Source: Myxococcota bacterium
GTDB taxonomy: Bacteria > Myxococcota_A > UBA9160 > UBA6930
Length of the DNA: 64,000 bases
Reading direction: 5' to 3'
Assembly (NCBI GenBank): GCA_965223705.1
Contig: OZ245015.1
Span: forward strand, 1,088,001 to 1,152,000
The notes under the pieces: model-generated
Told to the model about the DNA's origin: nothing
The model's database searches: none
Seen by the model: only the letters and a program-made list of their open reading frames with translations
Part shown: positions 22,442-30,365 of the stretch, one piece after another
Layout of the letters: every line of letters begins with the position of its first letter
Position numbering within the stretch: the first letter of the stretch is position 1
Program-made: the position numbers and the translations under genes

Positions 22442-22547
22442 CAGGCCGGGTTTCGCCGGCACGTCGAGAAGCAAGACGCCGGGTTTCGCCGAGGCACGTC
22501 GAGAAGCAAGACGCCGGGTTTCGCCGACGTACGTCGACAAGCAAGCC
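22428..22547. repeat. Tandem repeat, 33-35 bp unit, about 3.5 copies
   Basis: ACGTCGAGAAGCAAGACGCCGGGTTTCGCCG-type units start at 22428, 22461, 22496 and 22531 (partial). Confidence 0.9.
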
Positions 22548-22580
22548 ACCCCCGCCTATGGTCGCGCCGTGCCCCAAGCC

Positions 22581-23183
22581 ATGGCTCGAGAGCCGCAGGA
22601 CGACGCCGAGTTCGAGCTCCCGCGACGCGAGACGTTGCGATCGAGCGTCGTACGTGTTTTACATGAGGGGAGGACGCGAAACCCGGACGTCTTCCTCGTC
22701 GAGACGCGAAGCGGCCGCTGCGTCGTCAAAGATTTCTCACCGCGCGGCAGCTTCGTGCGCGGTGTGATCGGACCCTGGCTGATCGACCGCGAGATCCGCG
22801 CGTACCGCGCGTTGGCGAGTCACCCGTCGGTACCGCGCTTTCTGGGTCGCCTCGACCGGATGGCGTTCGTCGTCGAGTACCGGCCGGGCGAGCGCATCTC
22901 CCGGCGGCTGCGAGACACCGTTCCGGTCGATTTCATGACTCGCCTCGAACGCGCGATCGCCCTGATGCACTCCCTCGGCGTGGTGCACCTCGATCTACGC
23001 CACCGGAGCAACGTCCTGGTCGGCGGCGACGGTGCACCGATTCTCATCGACTTCGCTTCCGCGATCTGCGCGCGACCGGAAGGCTTGCGCGCACGCACCA
23101 TCCTCGCAGCATTGGCCTCGATCGACCGCTACGCCGTGGAAAAATGGCGCGATCGGCTGGCCCCGGAGAGCGCGACCGCCTAG
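22581..23183 (+). CDS. Small protein-kinase-like protein (RIO1/Kdo-kinase-like)
   Basis: VVKDF, REIRAY, HLDLRHRSNVLV catalytic loop, LIDFASA. Confidence 0.75.
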   Translation: MAREPQDDAEFELPRRETLRSSVVRVLHEGRTRNPDVFLVETRSGRCVVKDFSPRGSFVRGVIGPWLIDREIRAYRALASHPSVPRFLGRLDRMAFVVEYRPGERISRRLRDTVPVDFMTRLERAIALMHSLGVVHLDLRHRSNVLVGGDGAPILIDFASAICARPEGLRARTILAALASIDRYAVEKWRDRLAPESATA

Positions 23184-23749
23184 GAGCTCTCGACCTCGCG
23201 CGGAGCGAGACGTCCGATAAAGTGCCGAAATGTTTCGAGGGTGAGCCGCGCGTCGGCCAAAGCCCGGTGGGGAACCGATCCGTCGGCCAAGCCCGCGACC
23301 GTTGCGGATTGGCGCAGGGACAGCGATTTCACGTCGCGTCCGGCCACGAGCGACCAGCTGTAGAACAGCGTTGCGAGATCCAAGGTGTGGTAGTCGAACG
23401 GGGAGGGAATCGCCGTGTTCTTGTAGGCCAGCTCGAGGAACATGACGTCCATACGCACGTTCTGGCCCGCGGGAACAGTGGTGCGTCCCTTCGGCATCAG
23501 AGCGGCGAGTTCCGTGAGCGCTTGCTGCACCGGGACCGCTTCCGCTTCCCAGACCTTGGCGTCGTAGCCCGAAATCTTCGCGGCTTCGGCGCTGATGCGT
23601 TCGGGGCGGGCTCGGACCTTCCATTCCTGCTCGCCCAGCTCGACCAAGCGGTCGTCGGTCACGATCGCGGCGATTTCCGTGATGTCGTGCAGGTCCGGAT
23701 CGAGGCCGCCGAACTCGCAGTCGAGGAAGGCAAACGCGAGATCACCCAC
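23180..23749 (-). CDS. DEDDh 3'-5' exonuclease (oligoribonuclease/DnaQ-like)
   Basis: FLDCEFGGL, AGQNVRMD, TLDL, HRALAD. Confidence 0.85.
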   Translation of the reverse strand: MGDLAFAFLDCEFGGLDPDLHDITEIAAIVTDDRLVELGEQEWKVRARPERISAEAAKISGYDAKVWEAEAVPVQQALTELAALMPKGRTTVPAGQNVRMDVMFLELAYKNTAIPSPFDYHTLDLATLFYSWSLVAGRDVKSLSLRQSATVAGLADGSVPHRALADARLTLETFRHFIGRLAPREVESS

Positions 23750-23762
23750 AGCTGCTCCAGAA

Positions 23763-23857
23763 AGCCAAACGCAGGGTCATCCCCCCCCGGCAACCAGCCA
23801 AACGCAGGGTCAGCCCCCCCGGCAACTAGCCAAATGCAGGGTCAGCCCCCAGCAACT
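23763..23857. repeat. Tandem repeat, three units of 33, 32 and 30 bp with poly-C tracts, downstream of tRNA-Glu
   Basis: AGCCAAA(C/T)GCAGGGTCA(T/G)C8/C7/C5(G/A)GCAAC units at 23763, 23796 and 23828. Confidence 0.9.
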
Positions 23858-23869
23858 CCCCGCGCACGG

Positions 23870-23945
23870 TGGCGCTCCCAACGGGAGTCGAACCCGTGTT
23901 TCAGCCTTGAGAGGGCCGCGTCCTAGGCCACTAGACGATGGGAGC
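23870..23945 (-). tRNA. tRNA-Glu(CTC)
   Basis: Reverse complement GCTCCCATCGTCTAGTGGCCTAGGAC GCGGCC CTCTCAA GGCTG AAACACGGGTTCGACTCCCGTTGGGAGCGCCA folds as a cloverleaf with encoded CCA. Confidence 0.95.
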
Positions 23946-23966
23946 GCGGTCGTCACCGGACGGCGA

Positions 23967-23994
23967 ACCCTAGCCCCCGACGGGAGTGTGTCAA
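23967..23994 (-). promoter_or_regulatory. Putative sigma70 promoter of tRNA-Glu, divergent from pilA
   Basis: Minus strand reads TTGACA-16 nt-TAGGGT. Confidence 0.5.
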
Positions 23995-24017
23995 CACGCG
24001 CCCTCCCACGGGCCGAG

Positions 24018-24052
24018 TGACACGGAGCGTCCCCGACTGACGCGTTTGGTCA
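24018..24052. promoter_or_regulatory. Candidate enhancer (bEBP/PilR-type) sites upstream of the pilin sigma54 promoter
   Basis: TGAC-N7-GTCC at 24018 and TGAC-N7-GTCA at 24038, 20 bp apart and about 115-150 bp upstream of the -24 element. Confidence 0.45.
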
Positions 24053-24166
24053 CTTCCTTGGGGGGATTTCCCCAATTTCGGGCGCTCGCAGCGCGGTTCG
24101 CTTCCCCCAGGTGCGGGGGCCTTTTCCACGCGTCGTTGCCGGTGACTGGGGACACCTTTTTCAACT

Positions 24167-24182
24167 TGGCACGTGGGTTGCT
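24167..24182 (+). promoter_or_regulatory. Sigma54 (-24/-12) promoter of pilA
   Basis: TGGCACG-TGGG-TTGCT matches the TGGCACG-N4-TTGC consensus. Confidence 0.85.
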
Positions 24183-24263
24183 CTTGTGGTCGCCCAGCAA
24201 GTGAACCGAGGCCAGTCTCCCCCGAAACCGGAGCCGGCACTCAAACCTGGAGAAGCAATCGCT

Positions 24264-24863
24264 ATGAAGCGCATTCAATTGAAGAAGTCGGCCGGCTTCA
24301 CGCTCATCGAGCTGATGATCGTGGTCGCCATTATCGGCATCCTGGCCGCCATCGCTATCCCGAACTTTTTGACCTTCCAGCTCCGCTCGCGTGCTGGTGA
24401 GGGCAAGACGAACCTCGCCGCGATCCGAACGGCGCAGGAAGGCTTCGCGGCCGAGTTCGTGACGTACATCCCGAACGCCGCTTACCCGCGCGCCCAGACC
24501 CCGGCGGGTCTCGACAACGTCAAGCAGATCTGGGTGCCGACGGCCGCCGGTGCTGCCGGCTTCACGCAGGTCGGTTTCGCGCCCGAGGGCGACGTCTACT
24601 ACGCCTACAACGTGATTGGTCAGCCCGCCGGTTGTCCGGCGGCGAACACCCCGTGCCTCAACTACGTGGCCGAGGGTGCCTCGGACATTGACGACGACGG
24701 CACGGCGAACTGGTGGGGCTACGTGAAGCCCGACGTGAACGGCAATACGTTCGCGGGCACCACCTGCGCCGCGACCGGCACCTGGGATCCGGTTCAGCAG
24801 GCCCCGGCTCTGCTCGAAACGGTGGGCCCGTGCGGTCAGTTCGACGGTCAGAACATCTTCTAA
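24264..24863 (+). CDS. pilA: Type IVa major pilin (large, about 188 aa mature)
   Basis: MKRIQLKKSAG|FTLIELMIVVAIIGILAAIAIPNF; sigma54 promoter; followed by pilG/H/I-pilD-like genes. Confidence 0.88.
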   Translation: MKRIQLKKSAGFTLIELMIVVAIIGILAAIAIPNFLTFQLRSRAGEGKTNLAAIRTAQEGFAAEFVTYIPNAAYPRAQTPAGLDNVKQIWVPTAAGAAGFTQVGFAPEGDVYYAYNVIGQPAGCPAANTPCLNYVAEGASDIDDDGTANWWGYVKPDVNGNTFAGTTCAATGTWDPVQQAPALLETVGPCGQFDGQNIF

Positions 24864-24889
24864 GTTCGATCTGACGACTATCCGATGAG

Positions 24890-24921
24890 TCAGTGGCGGG
24901 AGGGCAGCCTCCCGCCACTGA
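24890..24921 (+). other. Perfect 14-bp hairpin between the two pilin genes (mRNA stabiliser or attenuator)
   Basis: TCAGTGGCGGGAGG-GCAG-CCTCCCGCCACTGA, with no U-tract. Confidence 0.7.
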
Positions 24922-24952
24922 TGGAACCCTCGCTCTCACAACGGACCCTGTT

Positions 24953-25573
24953 ATGACGCGACCCGGACGAAACAAAACCACAGCAGGCATGACGCTGATC
25001 GAGCTCATGATCGCCGTAGCCATCATCGGGATCCTCGCAGCGACGGCGGTGGCCGGTTGGCAGAACTTCCAGCTGCGTACCAAGATGTCCGAAGGGAAGA
25101 GCAACGTCTCCTCCATCCGAGCGATGCAGATCAGCTACGGATCGGAAGCCGGGGTCTTCGTCACTGCAGCGCCGTCGCCCGCGCTGGCGGGACAGCCCAA
25201 CAAGCAGCGCCAGGCCTGGCGGCAGGTGCGCCAGAATTTTTCATCGGTGGCCAACACCGGTTTCGATGTGATCGGATGGAAGCCCGAGGGCGCGAGCTTC
25301 TTCGATTACGATGTTGCCGCGAACTTCATCCCGGGAGCCGGACCGCGCTTTACGGCGGCTGCCTACGGCGATGCGGATGGCGACGGCTTCTTCTCGGTGA
25401 TGGTCTACGCCCACATCGATACCCAAGGGAACCCGGAACCCTGTGGGCTTTGTGGCCTTCTCGGTCTGCCTCCGGTCGCCTGGGACGTCATCAGCTGCGC
25501 CCCGACGTACGGCTCGACGACCCAGATGTCGACGAACCCGAACTGTGGCTTCGCGACCGCGGACGATTACTAA
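24953..25573 (+). CDS. Second type IV pilin (PilA paralog or minor pilin)
   Basis: TTAG|MTLIELMIAVAIIGILAA; shares NFQLR..EGK.N, G(F/W).PEG..(Y/F).Y and DxDxDG with pilA. Confidence 0.85.
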   Translation: MTRPGRNKTTAGMTLIELMIAVAIIGILAATAVAGWQNFQLRTKMSEGKSNVSSIRAMQISYGSEAGVFVTAAPSPALAGQPNKQRQAWRQVRQNFSSVANTGFDVIGWKPEGASFFDYDVAANFIPGAGPRFTAAAYGDADGDGFFSVMVYAHIDTQGNPEPCGLCGLLGLPPVAWDVISCAPTYGSTTQMSTNPNCGFATADDY

Positions 25574-25637
25574 ACCGAATCCCTGAAAACGCCGATGGTC
25601 TCCCACGTCCAAGAACGTCGGAGCCCCGTATTTCGAC

Positions 25638-26561
25638 ATGATCGTTGCAAGAATCCTGCTAGTGCTCGTCAGCTGTTTCGCCATGGCGGCTACGCATCAG
25701 GCGGTGAAACCCCCGACCCGGGCCGAGCAAGGCGAGCTGTTCGTTCCGCGCCCCCAGGTCGCACGCGCTTCGGCGCTGGGCTTCCACTCGGTCATCGCGG
25801 ATTACTACTGGCTGCGCGCCGTCCAGATCGTGGGAGGCGCCCTTCGCCCCGAAGCGGAGGGGCGCATTCTCGGCCAGTTGATCGACGTGGTAACGACCCT
25901 CGATCCCCACGTGAGTCACCCGTATCGCTTCGCGGCGGTGTGGCTGACCGGCTCGCGCGAAGACGTGCTCCAGGCGAATCGCCTGCTGGAGCGCTCGCTC
26001 GAACCGCATCCGGACGAGTGGCGGAACCGCTTCTACTTGGGTTTCAACCACTTCTACTACCTGGGTGAGGACGCCAAGGCCGCCGAAGCGATCGAAGCCG
26101 CCTCGCAGCTCCCCAAGGCGCCCGATTACCTGGGTCGCCTGGCCGCACGCCTCAAAGCGGGATCGGCAGGTCTCGACGTGTCCGAGGCGTGGCTGCGCCA
26201 GCTCGTTGAGCAAACCGAAGACGGCTACTTGCGCGCGGGCTACCTGCGCGCGATTGACGAAATCAATACCGAGCGACGGGCGCAGGTGCTCGACACCGCG
26301 CGGGAGCTCTACAAGCAACGTAACGGACGGGACATCGAAGCGGTCGAGGACTTGCTCGAGGGTCCGAATCCGGTCCTCTCCGCGTTGCCCGATCAAGTAC
26401 ACGACGCCGACTGGGTTCTCGACGAGCGGACCGGTCGGATCGTTTCGAGCTTTTACGGATATCGCTACGAGCCGCAGTTCATGGGCGCTGCCACGGGGCC
26501 GCTGTTTGCGAGCGAGTCGGAGCAGAAGGACACACAGGAAGACGGACGGCGGGATCAATGA
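25638..26561 (+). CDS. PilG-like TPR accessory protein of a pilus-associated ABC system
   Basis: LGFHSVIADYYWLRAVQ...VTTLDP; TPR-like helices; lies between the pilins and the ABC genes as in myxobacterial pilGHI. Confidence 0.65.
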   Translation: MIVARILLVLVSCFAMAATHQAVKPPTRAEQGELFVPRPQVARASALGFHSVIADYYWLRAVQIVGGALRPEAEGRILGQLIDVVTTLDPHVSHPYRFAAVWLTGSREDVLQANRLLERSLEPHPDEWRNRFYLGFNHFYYLGEDAKAAEAIEAASQLPKAPDYLGRLAARLKAGSAGLDVSEAWLRQLVEQTEDGYLRAGYLRAIDEINTERRAQVLDTARELYKQRNGRDIEAVEDLLEGPNPVLSALPDQVHDADWVLDERTGRIVSSFYGYRYEPQFMGAATGPLFASESEQKDTQEDGRRDQ

Positions 26562-27508
26562 CCGAAAACTCACATTCGCTCGTTGAGGTGAAAGACCTCG
26601 TCAAAGACTTTCGACCGGGGCTCGGAAAGGGCAAGAAGCGCGTCCTTCACGGCATCTCGTTCGAGGTGAACGACGGAGAGATCTTCGGATTCGTCGGGCC
26701 GAACGGCGCGGGCAAGACGACGACGCTGAAGATCCTCATGGGACTGATTCACGCGACGGAAGGTCAGGCGTCGATTCTCGGACACGACGTTTCCGAAAGC
26801 GCCTACCGTCAGCACATCGGTTTCTTGCCGGAGAACCCGTACTTCTACGACTACCTGACCGGGCGCGAGTTCCTGCGCTTCTACGCGAAGCTTGCCGCGA
26901 CAAGTGATCGCAAGCGTATCGACACGCTCCTCGAGCGCGTGGGCTTGGCGCACGCTGCAGACGCGCGCCTGCGGACGTACTCGAAGGGCATGTTGCAGCG
27001 AATCGGAATCGCCCAAGCGTTGGTACACGACCCGAAAGTGATCTTTCTCGACGAGCCGATGAGCGGACTCGATCCGATCGGTCGCAAAGAGATCCGCGAT
27101 CTCATCCTCTCGCTGAACCGCGAGGGGAAGACGATCTTCATGAACACGCACATCCTCTCGGACGTCGAGATGATCTGCGATCAGGTTGCCATCATCGTAA
27201 AAGGGCGCATCGAGTACCGCGGTCGCCTCGACGACTTCCTGACCGGTGAAGACCGGCAGACGGACGTGGTCCTCTCGAGCGTGGTTCCCGAGCTCGTGGA
27301 CCGCTTCCAAGAGGAATTCGGGTGCGAGATTTCGGGGCTCGGCGAGACCATCGAATTTCGCGTGGCCGAGAAGCACTTGAACGAGCTCCTCACGGCGGCG
27401 CTCGCTCGCGAAGTGACCGTGCATTCCGTCACGCCGCACCGCAAATCCCTGGAATCGCTCTTCCTATCGGCGGTGAACCGAGGAGAAACCGAGGAGGCGC
27501 CGTCGTGA
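26558..27508 (+). CDS. ABC transporter ATP-binding protein (myxobacterial PilH-like)
   Basis: [35 protein letters not shown]. Confidence 0.9.
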   Translation: MTENSHSLVEVKDLVKDFRPGLGKGKKRVLHGISFEVNDGEIFGFVGPNGAGKTTTLKILMGLIHATEGQASILGHDVSESAYRQHIGFLPENPYFYDYLTGREFLRFYAKLAATSDRKRIDTLLERVGLAHAADARLRTYSKGMLQRIGIAQALVHDPKVIFLDEPMSGLDPIGRKEIRDLILSLNREGKTIFMNTHILSDVEMICDQVAIIVKGRIEYRGRLDDFLTGEDRQTDVVLSSVVPELVDRFQEEFGCEISGLGETIEFRVAEKHLNELLTAALAREVTVHSVTPHRKSLESLFLSAVNRGETEEAPS

Positions 27509-27575
27509 AGCCGACTGCGAACCGAGGAGGCGCCGTCGTGAGCCGACTGCGAAACGAGGAGGTGTCGTCGTGAGC
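27487..27575 (+). repeat. Triplicated RBS/GTGA gene junction (32-33 bp unit)
   Basis: AACCGAGGAGGCGCCGTCGTGA(A)GCCGACTGCG at 27487 and 27520, degenerate third copy at 27552. Confidence 0.9.
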
Positions 27576-28343
27576 GTGACCCGCATCGGCGCGATCGCAG
27601 GCAACACCCTGCGTGAAGCGCTCCGTCACAAAGTTCTCTACGTGCTGCTCGCCTTTGGCCTGGTGCTGATCTGCAGCGGCGCGCTCTTGTCGTCGCTCTC
27701 GTACGTCGAGCGCGAGCGCATCCTGCAGGACATCGGGCTCGCTTCCCTGCGCCTGTTCGGAGCGGCGATCGCGATCTTCGTCGGCGTCGGGCTGATCCAT
27801 CGCGAGGTGGATCGGCGAACGATCTTCACGATTCTCTCGAAGCCGGTGTCGCGGAGCGAGTTCCTGATCGGGAAATTCGCGGGCTTGACGGCAACCCTGT
27901 GGATGCAAGCGGGCATCATGGCTGCGGTGTTCGGCATCGTGTCGCTTCTGCTCGAGGCCCCGCTCGGTTGGGGACACCTGGCGGCCGTTCTCCTGGCCGC
28001 GCTCGAGTTTTCGGTCCTCGTGGCGGTCGCCACCTTGTTCTCGTCATTTACGACGCCGCTCTTGGCTTCGCTTTTCACGGCCGGCTTCTACTTCGTGGGC
28101 CACCTGACGCGCGATCTTCGCGAGCTGGGCATTGCGGCGAAATCTCCCGAGGCAGCGCGCATCACCGAGGTGATCTACACGATCGTCCCGGATCTGGAAC
28201 GCTTCAACGTGTCGACCCAAGCGGTGCACAACTTGCCGATTTCGGTCGAGCAGGTCGGCATTGCGGCAGTCCTGGCGTGTGTCTACTGCACCATGATGCT
28301 CGCCGTTGCTTCGATCGCGTTCGAGCGTCGCGACTTCCGCTAG
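27570..28343 (+). CDS. ABC-2 permease (myxobacterial PilI-like)
   Basis: IAGNTLREALR, REVDRRTIFTILSKPVSRSEFLIGKF, FERRDFR; about 6 TM helices. Confidence 0.85.
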   Translation: MSVTRIGAIAGNTLREALRHKVLYVLLAFGLVLICSGALLSSLSYVERERILQDIGLASLRLFGAAIAIFVGVGLIHREVDRRTIFTILSKPVSRSEFLIGKFAGLTATLWMQAGIMAAVFGIVSLLLEAPLGWGHLAAVLLAALEFSVLVAVATLFSSFTTPLLASLFTAGFYFVGHLTRDLRELGIAAKSPEAARITEVIYTIVPDLERFNVSTQAVHNLPISVEQVGIAAVLACVYCTMMLAVASIAFERRDFR

Positions 28344-28352
28344 CCTGCGCCC

Positions 28353-29237
28353 ATGTCGCATCTGGCGGGGGAGGACCCGGCGCTTCAGCTCGCTCTGTGG
28401 CTGGCTTCGCTGGCCTTCGTGTTCGGCTTGACCCTCGGATCCTTTCTCAACGTCGTGATCCATCGCTGGCCACGGGGTGAGTCCGTCGTGCACCCGCGGT
28501 CGCGTTGCCCCCACTGCGGTCATGCGATCGCCGCGTGGGAGAATATTCCGGTCGTCTCCTACCTCTTGTTGCGCGGACGCTGTCGCGGTTGCGGCGAACG
28601 CATCTCGCCTCGCTATCCACTGCTCGAGCTCGCGACAGGTCTGCTCTTCGCCGGAGTCACCTGGCGCTACGGTTTGTCGTTCATGACGCCGCTCTTCCTG
28701 GCGTTCGTCGCGGCGTTGCTGACCGCCGGTGCGATCGACTTCGACGAGCAGATCATTCCCGATGAGATCTCGCTCGGCGGCTTGGCGTTCGGACTCGCTG
28801 CGGTTCCCATTGCTCAAGCGCTCGACGGCGGATCGTGGGTCTTCGGGTTGCAGCGCGCGTTCTTCGGCGCGGCTCTCGGGAGCGGCTTGTTGTGGGCGGT
28901 CGGTTTTTTCCACGCCCGCTACTGCGCGGCCCGCGGACGCCGCTTCGACCACTGGCCCGAAGGGGACGATCCGTTTCCGACGCCGCGCGAGGCCGATTAT
29001 TGGCTCTGGTTTCCGGGGCTGGGTCTCGGCGACGTCAAGCTCCTCGCGATGATCGGCGCTTTCTTGGGCCCCGTCGGCGTCGTCTACACCATCCTGCTTT
29101 CCGCTGTCGCCGGCCTGGTCTTCGGCCTCGTTGCGGCGTGGATCACGAAATCGTGGGACACACCGTTTGGCTTCGGGCCCGCCATCGCCGGCGGCGCGAT
29201 TCTCTGCTTGCTACTCCCCGAGATCGCGCGCTTTTAG
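28353..29237 (+). CDS. pilD: Prepilin peptidase
   Basis: GSFLNVVIHR, SRCPHC, RGRCRGC, AIDFD, GLGDVKL, FGPAIA. Confidence 0.92.
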   Translation: MSHLAGEDPALQLALWLASLAFVFGLTLGSFLNVVIHRWPRGESVVHPRSRCPHCGHAIAAWENIPVVSYLLLRGRCRGCGERISPRYPLLELATGLLFAGVTWRYGLSFMTPLFLAFVAALLTAGAIDFDEQIIPDEISLGGLAFGLAAVPIAQALDGGSWVFGLQRAFFGAALGSGLLWAVGFFHARYCAARGRRFDHWPEGDDPFPTPREADYWLWFPGLGLGDVKLLAMIGAFLGPVGVVYTILLSAVAGLVFGLVAAWITKSWDTPFGFGPAIAGGAILCLLLPEIARF

Positions 29238-29264
29238 CCCCACGAGAAAGCCGCCGATAAGCCG

Positions 29265-30341
29265 GTGATGAAGTCTTCGGCCCCGCGCCACCGCTTTGTT
29301 CCGGCCCTCGAAGGTCTGCGGGGCGTCGCGGTCCTCCTCGTCGTCGCGTTTCACGCGGGGACTCCGTGGATGCCGGGCGGCTTTGTCGGCGTCGAAGTGT
29401 TCTTCGTGCTGAGCGGCTTTCTCATCACGACGATCTTGCTGCGCGAGATCGATGCCACGGGTGGGCTTTCGCTACTCCCGTTCTACCTTCGTCGCGCGTG
29501 GCGGCTACTGCCCGCCCTCGTGCTCTTGCTCGGCTGCATCCTCGCCCTTTGGCTCCTCCTGGGAGAATGGCAGGAGTTCGCGACGTCCGCCGAGGGAGCG
29601 GTAGCCGCGCTCTTTTACTTCACGAACTGGGCCGACCTCTTCGGTTGGCAGACGGGATTTTTCTCGCACACGTGGTCGCTCTCGATCGAAGAGCAGTTCT
29701 ATCTCGTTTGGCCTCTCGTGTTGCTCGCGATCGTCCGTCGCACGGGTCGGTACGCAATGTGGGCGGTCGCCGCGCTCGCGCTGGCACTCTGGGTGCGCAA
29801 CGCGCTCCTCGCGCCTCACGTCGATCCGATTGCGCTCTACCTGGGAACGTTCAGCCGCGCGCCGGCTCTCCTGGCAGGCGCCGTGTTGGGCATCGCCTAC
29901 CTGCGGTATCCCGCTGTCGTGGACCGCGGAGCCCGTGCTGCGGGCGGAGCCTCTGCCGGGCTCGCAGCGGCGGGGATCGGCCTCGCTTCACTGGTCGCCT
30001 CCCCCCAGCAACCATTGATGTACGTCGTCGGCTTCCCGCTCGTCGGTCTGGCATCCGTCGTCCTGATCGCGGCGTCGCTCGGCTCCGAAAGCACCGCACT
30101 TCACCGCGCGCTCGGCTCGTGGGCGCTCCGGTACGTCGGTCGCATTTCGTACGGGCTCTACCTCTGGCACTACCCGGTCTTTCTGCTGCTCAATCCCTCT
30201 CCGTGGTGGATCAAGCTCACACTCGGCACGGCGGTCTCGATGGCCATCGCGGCGCTCTCTTTTCACCACCTCGAACGTCCGCTCCTCGAGCGACACAACA
30301 AGCGCGACGATCGCGTTCACGGGGTGCCGGCACCCGCCTAG
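29265..30341 (+). CDS. Acyltransferase-3 (OafA-like) membrane O-acyltransferase without an SGNH domain
   Basis: LEGLRGVAV, GGFVGVEVFFVLSGFLIT, RRAWRLLP, HTWSLSIEEQFY, GRISYGLYLWH. Confidence 0.9.
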   Translation: MMKSSAPRHRFVPALEGLRGVAVLLVVAFHAGTPWMPGGFVGVEVFFVLSGFLITTILLREIDATGGLSLLPFYLRRAWRLLPALVLLLGCILALWLLLGEWQEFATSAEGAVAALFYFTNWADLFGWQTGFFSHTWSLSIEEQFYLVWPLVLLAIVRRTGRYAMWAVAALALALWVRNALLAPHVDPIALYLGTFSRAPALLAGAVLGIAYLRYPAVVDRGARAAGGASAGLAAAGIGLASLVASPQQPLMYVVGFPLVGLASVVLIAASLGSESTALHRALGSWALRYVGRISYGLYLWHYPVFLLLNPSPWWIKLTLGTAVSMAIAALSFHHLERPLLERHNKRDDRVHGVPAPA

Positions 30342-30365
30342 GCTCGGATGCAGTAGCGTCCCCGC

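Noticed and set aside
22428..22547. Possible CRISPR array
   Set aside because: Units are contiguous with no unique spacers and there are no cas genes; the same applies to the 23763 repeat.
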